Source: a virus
Taxonomy: Duplodnaviria > Caudoviricetes
Strand: one strand, 5' to 3'
DNA length: 27,740 nt
Virus record (IMG/VR): IMGVR_UViG_3300006076_000419
Span: 1 to 27,740 of that record
Shown here: one piece after another, positions 8,588 through 16,767 of the stretch
Numbering within the stretch: the stretch's first letter is position 1
Layout of the letters: the number at the start of each line of letters is the position of its first letter
The notes under the pieces: generated by a model
What the model saw: the letters and a program-made list of their open reading frames with translations, nothing else
Databases searched by the model: none
What the model was told of the DNA's origin: nothing
Made by a program: the position numbers and the translations under genes

Positions 8588-10322
8588 CCACCCATTTGCC
8601 GACCAAATGCCAGGGAAGCTGAGCCTGATCGGCTGGCCCTGGCACGGCATGATGACCATGCCGGCGAGCGCCACCACGGCGCCGCCAAGTATCGCCCTGC
8701 CAAATGGCAGCAACCTGCTTCTCAGGCCTATATCGTGGGAGAACCTTTCGTCGCCTGCGGCCTTCGCGTTGCCAGGCGACTGCCTGCGCTTTCGCGACCC
8801 GAGAGCCGGGACGCTAGAGCGCACCGAGGCCGAGCAAGCAGCTGATGCAGCCGCTGGCATGACCTGGCGCCCGGATGTGCTGATCGCCCCGGTGGCGCGG
8901 GTGCTGTATGGGCAGCGCTTTCCCGCAGCCCAGCGTGTGGCATGGATCGTTCACGGTGACGAGCGCAATTGGATGGTGCGGCTGGAGTCCGGCCTTGCTC
9001 AGCTGCGCTTGAATGCCCTGGTGTTCGGCCGAGACCGCGACACCCTGGAGGCCGTGACTGTCGTCATGAGCCGAGTTGGCGACTACACCGCCGGGCAGTT
9101 CCCAGCCGGCACCTACGGATATGCGGTGATTGATGCCATTGCGGACGGTACGCGGGCCCTGGTCGGGGCCTATCTGCGGCGCCCGCTGAGCGTCAATGAC
9201 GACCCGGCCTGGTTTGCACCGTGCCGAATTCCGCTGGTTGAACTGTGGGAGCTGCGCCTGAGTCACGACGGTGAGGTGTGGACGGGGGAGTATGAGTGCA
9301 TCCGCACACCCAATCAGATCATCGGGGCGATCAGTAATCCGCCGCGGCCTCAGTGGACGACCCTCTCAACCTCGATGGGGGTGGAGTGGGAGCAGACCAG
9401 CAGCGGCCCCGTCAAGTGGACGGGGAAAGGCGTCGGCCCGGATGGTGATCCCTCGCAGATGGTTGGTAGCACGCCAGCCTATCTCGACCAGGAGCCCGGT
9501 GGCTGGCTGTATGAGGAGTCCGGGCGGATTGCCGGAGCTTACTATGCCGACACCGGTGCCGTGGTGGAGATCCGCGTAGCGCTCACTGTGGCGGATGCGT
9601 TCAGCGCGTCGTTGGATAGCAGCATGACGTCTACGCCTGCGGTGACGCTCAACAACCCAATGCAGGACCTCGCCGACTATGAGCTGATTTCAGAGGGCAG
9701 TTACCAGTTGACTGCCAACTATTCGAGCACGTCCAGTTCGGTGACTACGTTGCGCCTGCTGGTTGGCGGATTGGAGGTGAGCCGGGCGGTCATCAGCATC
9801 CAGGCGGGTATGGCCAGTACATACCAGGCCAGCCTGGACATAGTTCATGACCCCAATTCCCCGGCGGCGCTGGAGGAGCGCGCATCCTCGTCCAGCAATT
9901 CGGCGAGCAGGTTGGAGACGATAGAGATCGATGGTACTCAGGTGTTCTCGTCGAGCCTGTCCAGCACTGATCCGTCCGCAGAGAGCGTTGCCGTTGGAGG
10001 CAGCTATGCCGGCAGGGCAGTCCGGCAGAACTGGATCAGTTGGGCGCCCGCAACGTTGATGGGCGATGCGGCGCCTGAGCTGGCTAAACGCCTATTCGAG
10101 ATCGTGCCAGTGCGCTATAGCACGCAGCTGCTGGCCCTGGCTGTTCGCGACATGCTGCCCGCGCGCGCAGATATAACGACCATTGGTGTCGCCGGCAGCC
10201 GCACCGGTGCGGAACCAGGCGCGAGCACACGCAACGGAGCGCTGAACCATCTATTCGGCTCGCACAACCCGGTGACGGGGCAATTCGTGCGAGATACCGC
10301 CAACCCTGTTTGTTGGGTGTAA
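8580..10322 (+). CDS. Large tail tip/virion structural protein (~580 aa)
   Basis: ATG 8580 (MFDHPFAD) overlapping the previous gene end; Ser-rich central region; position in tail module. Confidence 0.6.
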   Translation: MFDHPFADQMPGKLSLIGWPWHGMMTMPASATTAPPSIALPNGSNLLLRPISWENLSSPAAFALPGDCLRFRDPRAGTLERTEAEQAADAAAGMTWRPDVLIAPVARVLYGQRFPAAQRVAWIVHGDERNWMVRLESGLAQLRLNALVFGRDRDTLEAVTVVMSRVGDYTAGQFPAGTYGYAVIDAIADGTRALVGAYLRRPLSVNDDPAWFAPCRIPLVELWELRLSHDGEVWTGEYECIRTPNQIIGAISNPPRPQWTTLSTSMGVEWEQTSSGPVKWTGKGVGPDGDPSQMVGSTPAYLDQEPGGWLYEESGRIAGAYYADTGAVVEIRVALTVADAFSASLDSSMTSTPAVTLNNPMQDLADYELISEGSYQLTANYSSTSSSVTTLRLLVGGLEVSRAVISIQAGMASTYQASLDIVHDPNSPAALEERASSSSNSASRLETIEIDGTQVFSSSLSSTDPSAESVAVGGSYAGRAVRQNWISWAPATLMGDAAPELAKRLFEIVPVRYSTQLLALAVRDMLPARADITTIGVAGSRTGAEPGASTRNGALNHLFGSHNPVTGQFVRDTANPVCWV

Positions 10323-10324
10323 CC

Positions 10325-10762
10325 ATGAAATTTATCGATAGCTGGGCATACGCGCTCGGTGATGTGCTGCTCGTGGGCGGCAGCTCTTTGCCGATTGACG
10401 CCGCCGGCCTTACGCGCCTGGCCGTGTTTCTCGGGCCTGGCGAGCAATGCACCCTGAGCGTGACTGCGGCAGGCTCGCCGGTGGGCAACATCGCCGAGAT
10501 CATCATCGCCACTGGCAGCGGCGGCGGCATCACTCTGCAGCGTGGCGCACAAGGCACCACCGCGCGCGAGTGGCCGGCTGGATCGGTGGTGTGCGCCCCG
10601 GTCACAGCGGCGCACATGACGTACATCTACGCGCAACTGGCCGACCTGCAAACGCGGGTTGCAGCACTGGAGGGAGGTGGCGTGCCAAGTGGCGCGCTGA
10701 CCGACGTTAACGGCAACGTCCTGACCGATGGGCAGGGCAACATACTGACAGCAGGAGCCTGA
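10325..10762 (+). CDS. Tail-associated protein
   Basis: 'TLQRGAQGTTAREWPAGSVV...VTA' motif seen in fibre-attachment domains, plus short coiled coil. Confidence 0.55.
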   Translation: MKFIDSWAYALGDVLLVGGSSLPIDAAGLTRLAVFLGPGEQCTLSVTAAGSPVGNIAEIIIATGSGGGITLQRGAQGTTAREWPAGSVVCAPVTAAHMTYIYAQLADLQTRVAALEGGGVPSGALTDVNGNVLTDGQGNILTAGA

Positions 10763-10763
10763 T

Positions 10764-11069
10764 ATGGCCCAGGTACAGCACATCTACTCCGGGGATTTTG
10801 CCCCGGCCACTGCGCCGCAGTATGTTGGCGCTCACTACGTGGCCACCGTAGACCGCCGGGTCTACTTCGCCTGCGGCACCAACAGCGTTGACGATTGGCT
10901 GCTGATGCCGCCGGCGGCGATCTTCGGCGATGGAAACCCAAACATCGACCCCGTGCAGGGTGCGCCGGGGCAGATGTACATCGACAACAACGCCTCGTTC
11001 GAAGAACAGGTTTGGGTCTGTCTGGCGTTTAGCCAGTGGGTACGCCTGACGGCCACCGTGCCCGCCTGA
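10764..11069 (+). CDS. Small phage tail-region protein
   Basis: AGGAG RBS; two degenerate 'P...P..VG..Y' repeats. Confidence 0.6.
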   Translation: MAQVQHIYSGDFAPATAPQYVGAHYVATVDRRVYFACGTNSVDDWLLMPPAAIFGDGNPNIDPVQGAPGQMYIDNNASFEEQVWVCLAFSQWVRLTATVPA

Positions 11070-11089
11070 GCCGCCGCAACAGCCTGATG

Positions 11090-11110
11090 CCCGCCCCGTG
11101 CGGGTTTTTT
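11090..11110 (+). terminator. Rho-independent terminator
   Basis: CCCGC-CCCGT-GCGGG followed by TTTTTT. Confidence 0.7.
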
Positions 11111-11128
11111 GTGCCTGGAGACAGCCCA

Positions 11129-11701
11129 ATGCAGCCTGCATGCCTAGACCTGCCCATCATTCCGGGCACCACATACCGCGACACCGTGCGGCTGATGCAG
11201 CCGGAGTTCCTATACCTGCCCATCACCGCCATCACGCCCAGCGAGAGCGGGGTGCGGCTCACCGTGGCGCATGCCATGGCCGGCGACTGGCCGGTGTGGG
11301 TGCGCGGTGTAACCGGTATGCCCGACCTCAACCGCGACCCGCGCGCGGCGCTGCCCTGGCGTGCGAAACGCATCGATGCCAGCACGCTGGAGATCAACGC
11401 GCTGTCCGGCGCCGGCCTGCAGCCGCGCGGCGGTGAGCTGGTCTACAAACTTCCGGTTGATTTGACCGGCGTCGCGGTGGCCATGCGCTTTACCCGTGAC
11501 GGGCAGGAGCTGCCGACGCTCACCCTCGGCAACGGATTGGCCAGCCCGTCGCCGGGCACCATCACCCGCGAACTGGCACCGCCCCAGACCGCGCTGCTGA
11601 CCGGGGCCTGGCAGTACACGCTGGATGTGACATTCAGCGACGGCACCGTGACCCGCTACTACGAGGGCGGGCCGCAGCAGGGGGGCCGCAATGGATGCTG
11701 A
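11129..11701 (+). CDS. Phage protein, first gene of the fibre module
   Basis: MQPACLDLPIIPG..., GGAG RBS after terminator. Confidence 0.65.
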   Translation: MQPACLDLPIIPGTTYRDTVRLMQPEFLYLPITAITPSESGVRLTVAHAMAGDWPVWVRGVTGMPDLNRDPRAALPWRAKRIDASTLEINALSGAGLQPRGGELVYKLPVDLTGVAVAMRFTRDGQELPTLTLGNGLASPSPGTITRELAPPQTALLTGAWQYTLDVTFSDGTVTRYYEGGPQQGGRNGC

Positions 11702-12197
11702 CGCCTACCTGGCCGTGCTGGAGATTCCCGATCTGGAAACGGGGGAGGTCGAGCGCGAGTACATCGTGAGCCTGCAGCAGCCCGAGGCGCACAGCACCAC
11801 GGTAGGCGAGCAGGGGCCAGCCGGGCGACCGGGTGAGCCTGGCCCGGCAGGCGGCGCCGCTGTGCAGCGCCTGGCCGGCGAAACGCTCAGCGCGCTGCGC
11901 GTGGTGTACGAACTGGATGGCCAGGTGTTCGCCCTCGATTACCGCGATGCGGAACACGTTGACCTGCTGCTGGGCGTGACGCTCACGGCTGCTGACCCAG
12001 GCCGGCCCGTCAACGTGCAACGCCTGGGCGCTGTCGACGATGACGGCTGGAGCTGGCAGCCGGGCCGCGTGTGGCTCGGTGCTGCCGGCGCGCTCACTCA
12101 AGCCCCGCCGACTGATGGCTACGACGTGCTGATCGGCGCGGCAGTAGCCAGCGGTCGGCTACTGCTCAACCTGCAAGACCCACTCGAACTGGAGTAA
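11691..12197 (+). CDS. Phage structural protein with short collagen-like stretch
   Basis: GEQGPAGRPGEPGPAG (G-X-Y)n. Confidence 0.65.
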   Translation: MDADAYLAVLEIPDLETGEVEREYIVSLQQPEAHSTTVGEQGPAGRPGEPGPAGGAAVQRLAGETLSALRVVYELDGQVFALDYRDAEHVDLLLGVTLTAADPGRPVNVQRLGAVDDDGWSWQPGRVWLGAAGALTQAPPTDGYDVLIGAAVASGRLLLNLQDPLELE

Positions 12198-12202
12198 CCA
12201 CC

Positions 12203-12721
12203 ATGTCTCAAGGCTTCCTCGCCCGCGTTGCGGGCCGCACCCGTCAGATTTTCGCCACCGTTGTGTCTGCTGGCGTCGGCAACGCCGGCAACATCGTCGC
12301 CCTCGATGCCACCGGCCGGCTCGATGAGAGCGTGCTGCCGGTCGGCATCGGCGCCGACACCACGCAGGCTGTGGCCAGCGAGGCGCTGGGCGCCGGTAAA
12401 TTCGTCAACTATCACGACGACGGCGGCGTCTTCTCCGTGCGCCTGGCCGACAACAGCAACGGTCGGCCTGCAGACGGGTTCGTGCTCGAGGCTGTTGCCG
12501 AGGCAGCGACCGCAACCGTTTACCCGCTGGACGGCACCAACGCCGAGTTGACCGGCCTGACCATCGGCGCCCGATATTGGCTGGGCACGGCGGGTGGCGT
12601 GACCGCGACGCCGCTGGATGAAACCGACGCCGGCAACGCCAACAAAATCAGCCAGTACCTGGGCGTGGCGAAATCGGCCACCGAGCTGGTGACCGATGAC
12701 GACGGCTACGTGGTGCTGTGA
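12203..12721 (+). CDS. Phage structural protein (fibre module)
   Basis: GGAG RBS; Gly/Ala-rich beta-type sequence. Confidence 0.65.
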   Translation: MSQGFLARVAGRTRQIFATVVSAGVGNAGNIVALDATGRLDESVLPVGIGADTTQAVASEALGAGKFVNYHDDGGVFSVRLADNSNGRPADGFVLEAVAEAATATVYPLDGTNAELTGLTIGARYWLGTAGGVTATPLDETDAGNANKISQYLGVAKSATELVTDDDGYVVL

Positions 12722-12927
12722 TGACGGCGCGTAGGCCGATTGTATCGGCGGGTGGTCGCCGCCGGCAGCTGCCTCCGGGCGATACGCTGCTGGGTTTGCC
12801 GGCCTACCTGCCGGCGTACCAGGCTGGCGGCGCCATGCTCCGGCTGGCGCTGAATCTCGATTACTCGCTACCGGTCACGCTGGCCGGTGGCGGGGTACTG
12901 AATGTGCAGGTGGTGCTCAATGGCTGA
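12721..12927 (+). CDS. Small phage protein
   Basis: TGATG coupling upstream; overlaps the start of the DGR target gene. Confidence 0.6.
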   Translation: MTARRPIVSAGGRRRQLPPGDTLLGLPAYLPAYQAGGAMLRLALNLDYSLPVTLAGGGVLNVQVVLNG

Positions 12928-14209
12928 TGTGAAACCGCTGAAACTCGTCGATCAGGGTGGCGGCGCTGGGCGACTGGAGGAGTTCCAGCCCGGCGACGCC
13001 CTGCCCATCAGCCTGATTACCGACCTGCAAGCGGCGCTGGACGGCAAGGTGGATACGGCGCCAGGCATGGGGCTCAGCGAAGAGAGCTTCACGACTGCCG
13101 AGAAAAACAAGCTGGCCGGGGTCTCGGCTGGCGCCACGGCGAACGCTACTGATGCTCAGCTCCGAGACCGCGCTACGCACACCGGCACACAGGCTATCAG
13201 CACTGTCGAGGGATTGCAGTCGGCGCTGGACGCCAGACCAACCGGAGCCGCTTTATCCGGTGTATCCCCCTCCATCCTCATCGTCGACCAGCTCCGCCGC
13301 TCTGTCGAAGTTGCCACTGGTGGGCGGCAAACCGTGCTGTACACAGCAAAGGGCCAGCCCAGCCACATGTACGTGCTGCCACGATTCAACTGCGAGGACG
13401 TTGCGCCGGGCGGTGAGTTGGGCACGGGCACGCACCCGGCATTTCTGTTCAATGGCACGCCCGCGCAGGAGATTTTCGTCGGGGCGCACCTTGCGTCCGA
13501 GGTTGCTGGCGAGGCTGTCAGCCGACCTTTTGCTGACCCGCGCACATCGTTGAACTTTGACCAGTCACGCGCCCTCTGCCAGGCCAGCGGTCCCGGTTGG
13601 GACCTGATGAGCAATCTGGACTGGGCGGCGATTGCGCTCTGGTGCATGGCGAACGGGTACGAGCCGCTGGGCAATACTAATTGGGGGCGCCATCACACCA
13701 AGCGCTGGGAGACAGGACGGCGCGTTGACATACTGCCGCCGGGCGAGGCAGCCGGCACAGGCCGAACTTTGACCGGCTCCGGCCCGTCAAGCTGGGCGCA
13801 CGATGGCACGCCCGCTGGGATACAGGATCTGGTCGGCAACGTGTGGGAGTGGGTGACAGGGCTGAAGCTGATCGACGGTGTCATCCATTTAGCGCCGGAC
13901 AACGGTGCTTATACAGAAGCTGCGTATACAAACACAGGTTTTGTTATGCCTCAGAACGGCTATACATTCGGGGGCCAGCCGAACGCCGGAGCAAGTAATC
14001 TTGTTAAACAGTCGCTTATCGTTCCTGCCAGCGCTGCATTGTCGCCCATCGGTTACTACGAACGCGTGCCGACAGGCGAGCGCCTGCCGATCCGTGGCGG
14101 CACTTGGAGCGCTTCGTCCAATGCCGGGCTGGGCGCGTTGGCCCTCGGCAACGCCCGCACGGGTGCGGGCAGCACTCTCGGCTTCCGTCCCCGCTTTCGC
14201 GCTCTGTAA
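12920..14209 (+). CDS. DGR target: tail-fibre/major tropism determinant-like protein with C-terminal C-type-lectin (FGE-sulfatase-like) domain
   Basis: N-terminal tail-repeat motifs (ITDLQAALDGK; HTGTQAISTVEGLQSALD); 'THPAF', 'DLVGNVWEW', 'RGG.W...GFRP' Mtd/FGE motifs; VR at the 3' end. Confidence 0.92.
   Translation: MADVKPLKLVDQGGGAGRLEEFQPGDALPISLITDLQAALDGKVDTAPGMGLSEESFTTAEKNKLAGVSAGATANATDAQLRDRATHTGTQAISTVEGLQSALDARPTGAALSGVSPSILIVDQLRRSVEVATGGRQTVLYTAKGQPSHMYVLPRFNCEDVAPGGELGTGTHPAFLFNGTPAQEIFVGAHLASEVAGEAVSRPFADPRTSLNFDQSRALCQASGPGWDLMSNLDWAAIALWCMANGYEPLGNTNWGRHHTKRWETGRRVDILPPGEAAGTGRTLTGSGPSSWAHDGTPAGIQDLVGNVWEWVTGLKLIDGVIHLAPDNGAYTEAAYTNTGFVMPQNGYTFGGQPNAGASNLVKQSLIVPASAALSPIGYYERVPTGERLPIRGGTWSASSNAGLGALALGNARTGAGSTLGFRPRFRAL
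14078..14196 (+). repeat. DGR variable repeat (VR)
   Basis: 119 nt, ungapped match to 14641-14759 with 14 mismatches, all opposite TR adenines. Confidence 0.97.
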
Positions 14210-14231
14210 TCTGCCTTTCAGGCTTCTGTCA

Positions 14232-14251
14232 GGCCTGGCGATAGCCGGGCC
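14232..14251 (+). promoter_or_regulatory. DGR target-recognition hairpin/cruciform downstream of VR
   Basis: GGCCTGGC-GATA-GCCGGGCC, 8-bp GC-rich stem (one T:G pair) with GRNA-type loop. Confidence 0.8.
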
Positions 14252-14264
14252 GTAAGGATTTAAC

Positions 14265-14612
14265 GTGCCACAGCAAGACCTGCAGATTCGCCTCAAGGTC
14301 GAGGCGATGATTCAGTACGCCTATGCGCCGCTGCGCAACTTTCCAAAATCAGAAAAACATGTGCTGTCTGCGGAGATACGGCAGAGCATGTATCGACTGC
14401 TGCGGCTGGTGATCGTCGTCAATCGGCGGTACCACAAAAAGACCACCATGCAGGATCTGGATGCTGAGCTTGACCTGCTGCGTTCATTGGTGCGGCTTGC
14501 GCAGGAGCTGACGTTTCTGCCGTTCCGGCAATATGAAATCTGGGCGCGCCACCTGGCTGAGATAGGGCGAATGGTGGGCGGCTGGCTTAACTGGGCGAAA
14601 GCCCAGGCTTAA
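14265..14612 (+). CDS. avd: DGR accessory variability determinant (Avd)
   Basis: 115 aa basic helical protein; 'FPKSEKHVL..EIR' and 'EIGRMVGGWL' motifs; between VR and TR; AAGGA RBS, GTG start. Confidence 0.93.
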   Translation: MPQQDLQIRLKVEAMIQYAYAPLRNFPKSEKHVLSAEIRQSMYRLLRLVIVVNRRYHKKTTMQDLDAELDLLRSLVRLAQELTFLPFRQYEIWARHLAEIGRMVGGWLNWAKAQA

Positions 14613-14640
14613 AGAGCAACAAGGGTCTGGCGTCAACTAT

Positions 14641-14759
14641 GAGCGCCTGCCGATCCGTGGCGGCAATTGGAACAATTCGTCCAATGCCGGGCTGGGCGCG
14701 TTGAACCTCAACAACGCCCGCACGAATGCGAACAGCAATATCGGCTTCCGTCCCCGCTT
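14641..14759 (+). ncRNA. DGR template repeat (TR); part of the DGR RNA with the ~157-nt spacer to the RT start
   Basis: AAY-codon-rich copy of VR (25 adenines, 10 AAC/AAT codons) between avd and RT. Confidence 0.96.
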
Positions 14760-14916
14760 CCGATCCCTGAAGAGCCAGAAGGCCGGCCGCCACGGCGCCC
14801 GTTCCAGCGCTCGATCGAAAGGATGTCAGATCCTCGCCGCAAGGCGAAAAAACCTTAGCAGCCGGCGCGTGGTACCACGCCGGGAAGCCTGTCGGCTGCG
14901 CCATTATCGAGACAAA

Positions 14917-15966
14917 ATGAAAACCCACACCCATTTATTCGAGCACGTCGTGACCTTCGACGCGCTCCACGCTGCGTACCTGCGCGCACGCAGAGGCAAG
15001 CGCCGCGCATGGCCCTGCCGAAGCTTCGAGCGCGACCTGGAGGGCAATCTGATCCAGCTCCAGAACGAGCTGATCTGGGGCCAGTACCGCATAGGCGGCT
15101 ATCGCTCCTTTGAAGTGCATGAGCCGAAGACGCGCACCATCACCGCCCTTGTCGAGTTCCGCGACCGGGTTGTGCAGCATGCGCTGATGGCTGTGCTCGA
15201 ACCGCTCTGGGAGGCGAGCTTTATCAATGCCAGCTTTGCCTGCCGCGTCGGCAAGGGCACGCACGCGGGCGCCGACCACGCCCAAGCCATGATGCGCGAC
15301 TGCCTGCGCCGTCACGGCAGCTTATATGCACTCAAGGCGGACGTGCGCAAGTACTTCGCCAGCATCAATCACGCCACTCTCAAGCGCCTGCTGCGCCGCA
15401 AGATCGCCGACAGGCAGGTGCTGGCGATCCTCGACGGCATCATCGACAGCTACAGCGAGCCCGCCACGCCTGGTTGCGGCATCCCGATCGGCAACCTCAC
15501 CAGTCAGCTGATGGCCAACATCTACCTGGACGCACTGGACCAGCACGTCAAGTGCCGCCGTCGCGAAAAGTGGTATGCGCGGTACATGGATGACTTCATT
15601 GTCCTGCATCCCGACAAGCGCCACCTGCAGGCGCTGCGCCTGGACCTGGAGCGATGGCTTGGCGATGAGCTACAGCTGGAACTGAACCACAAGACAGGCG
15701 TTTTCCCTGTAGCAGCACACCACGGGCGCGGGCTGGACTTCCTCGGCTACCACCTATGGCCGCACAAGCGCCGACTGCGCAAGGCAAGCCTCAAACGATT
15801 CAAGCGCCGCGTGCGCCGCCTGCAAAGACAGTATGCCGCCCGCGCTGTTGACCTGCCGCATATCAAGCAACAGCTGGCGAGCTGGCTGGCGCATGCCCGC
15901 CACGGGGACGCAGTGCCTGCAGTAGCCAAATTCCTTGACCAGCATCCGTTTCGGAGGAACCCATGA
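14917..15966 (+). CDS. brt: DGR reverse transcriptase (349 aa)
   Basis: 'EPKTRTI', 'FRDRVVQHA', 'LKADVRKYFASI', DGR-type 'GIPIGNLTSQ', catalytic 'RYMDD', 'GLDFLGY'; no endonuclease domain. Confidence 0.96.
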   Translation: MKTHTHLFEHVVTFDALHAAYLRARRGKRRAWPCRSFERDLEGNLIQLQNELIWGQYRIGGYRSFEVHEPKTRTITALVEFRDRVVQHALMAVLEPLWEASFINASFACRVGKGTHAGADHAQAMMRDCLRRHGSLYALKADVRKYFASINHATLKRLLRRKIADRQVLAILDGIIDSYSEPATPGCGIPIGNLTSQLMANIYLDALDQHVKCRRREKWYARYMDDFIVLHPDKRHLQALRLDLERWLGDELQLELNHKTGVFPVAAHHGRGLDFLGYHLWPHKRRLRKASLKRFKRRVRRLQRQYAARAVDLPHIKQQLASWLAHARHGDAVPAVAKFLDQHPFRRNP

Positions 15967-16202
15967 TCGACAACCCGATGGACGCCACCCCGGCAGTACC
16001 GCATGCAGAATGGGCGCTCGGTGAAATCGAGCGCCGCCGCCGCGCGGCCTACGCCGACCCCATCAGCGGCAGCGACCTGCACTTTGCCGAGGCCAGCCGG
16101 CTGGAGGCCATGGGTGACGCCGAGGGTGCCGCCGCAGCAAAACAGCGTGGCATTGCGCGGTATCAGCAGATTCAGGACTCGCACCCGTACCCCGTCGAAT
16201 AA
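15963..16202 (+). CDS. Small phage protein, possibly fibre-assembly associated
   Basis: GGAGG RBS, ATGA overlap with RT stop; 'RRAAY...SD..F.EA...I...HPYP' pattern. Confidence 0.55.
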   Translation: MIDNPMDATPAVPHAEWALGEIERRRRAAYADPISGSDLHFAEASRLEAMGDAEGAAAAKQRGIARYQQIQDSHPYPVE

Positions 16203-16221
16203 TTCGGCCTCAGTTATTCAG

Positions 16222-16244
16222 CCCGCCACTGAGCGGGATTTTTT
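16222..16244 (+). terminator. Probable terminator before lysis genes
   Basis: CCCGC-CACTGA-GCGGG followed by ATTTTTT. Confidence 0.6.
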
Positions 16245-16260
16245 CGCCTGGAGAAAATCC

Positions 16261-16767
16261 ATGACCCTGAACGAGATCCGCGAGCGGGCAATCACGCCTG
16301 CGCTCGCGCTGCTGCCTGCGCGTATGTCATCGCCGGAGGCTAAGGTGATGCTGCTCGCCATCGGACTGCAAGAGTCGCGCTTCCAGCATCGCCGCCAGCT
16401 GGTCGGCTCGCCACCACGTCCTACCGGGCCGGCCAAGTCATTTTGGCAAGCAGAGCAAGGCGGCGGCATGGTCACTGGCCTGCTGCGTTACCACGATTCC
16501 CGCGTGCGCGACCTTGCTGTGGGCCTGTGCGCTGTTCGCGGTGTTGATCCGTCGCCACGGGCGGTATGGGACGGCATCGAGCACGACGACGTGCTGGCCG
16601 CTGGGTTGGCACGCCTGCTGCTGTGGACTGATCCGGCCCGGCTGCCGGCGCTGGGTGACGCTGACGGCGCCTGGCAGCTGTACGTGCGCACCTGGCGCCC
16701 CGGCAAGCCGCACCGCCGCACCTGGGGCGCGCTGTATGGGCAGGCACTGGCTGAGGTGATGTCATGA
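16261..16767 (+). CDS. Putative endolysin (lysozyme-like fold)
   Basis: 'LLAIGLQESR...GPAKSFWQAE...YVRTWRPGKPH'; GGAG RBS; directly upstream of spanins. Confidence 0.75.
   Translation: MTLNEIRERAITPALALLPARMSSPEAKVMLLAIGLQESRFQHRRQLVGSPPRPTGPAKSFWQAEQGGGMVTGLLRYHDSRVRDLAVGLCAVRGVDPSPRAVWDGIEHDDVLAAGLARLLLWTDPARLPALGDADGAWQLYVRTWRPGKPHRRTWGALYGQALAEVMS

Noticed and set aside
1-12919. A second VR/target for the DGR among the other tail genes
   Set aside because: No other TR-like sequence seen at gene 3' ends by eye; remote targets outside the window cannot be excluded
14701-14916. 421-aa ORF start (TTG 14701) as the true RT start
   Set aside because: It begins inside the TR; RT-like sequence starts at MKTHTHLFE (14917)
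14917-15966. RT as a group II intron, retron or Abi RT
   Set aside because: GNLTSQ motif, adjacent avd and an adenine-specific TR/VR pair identify it as a DGR RT
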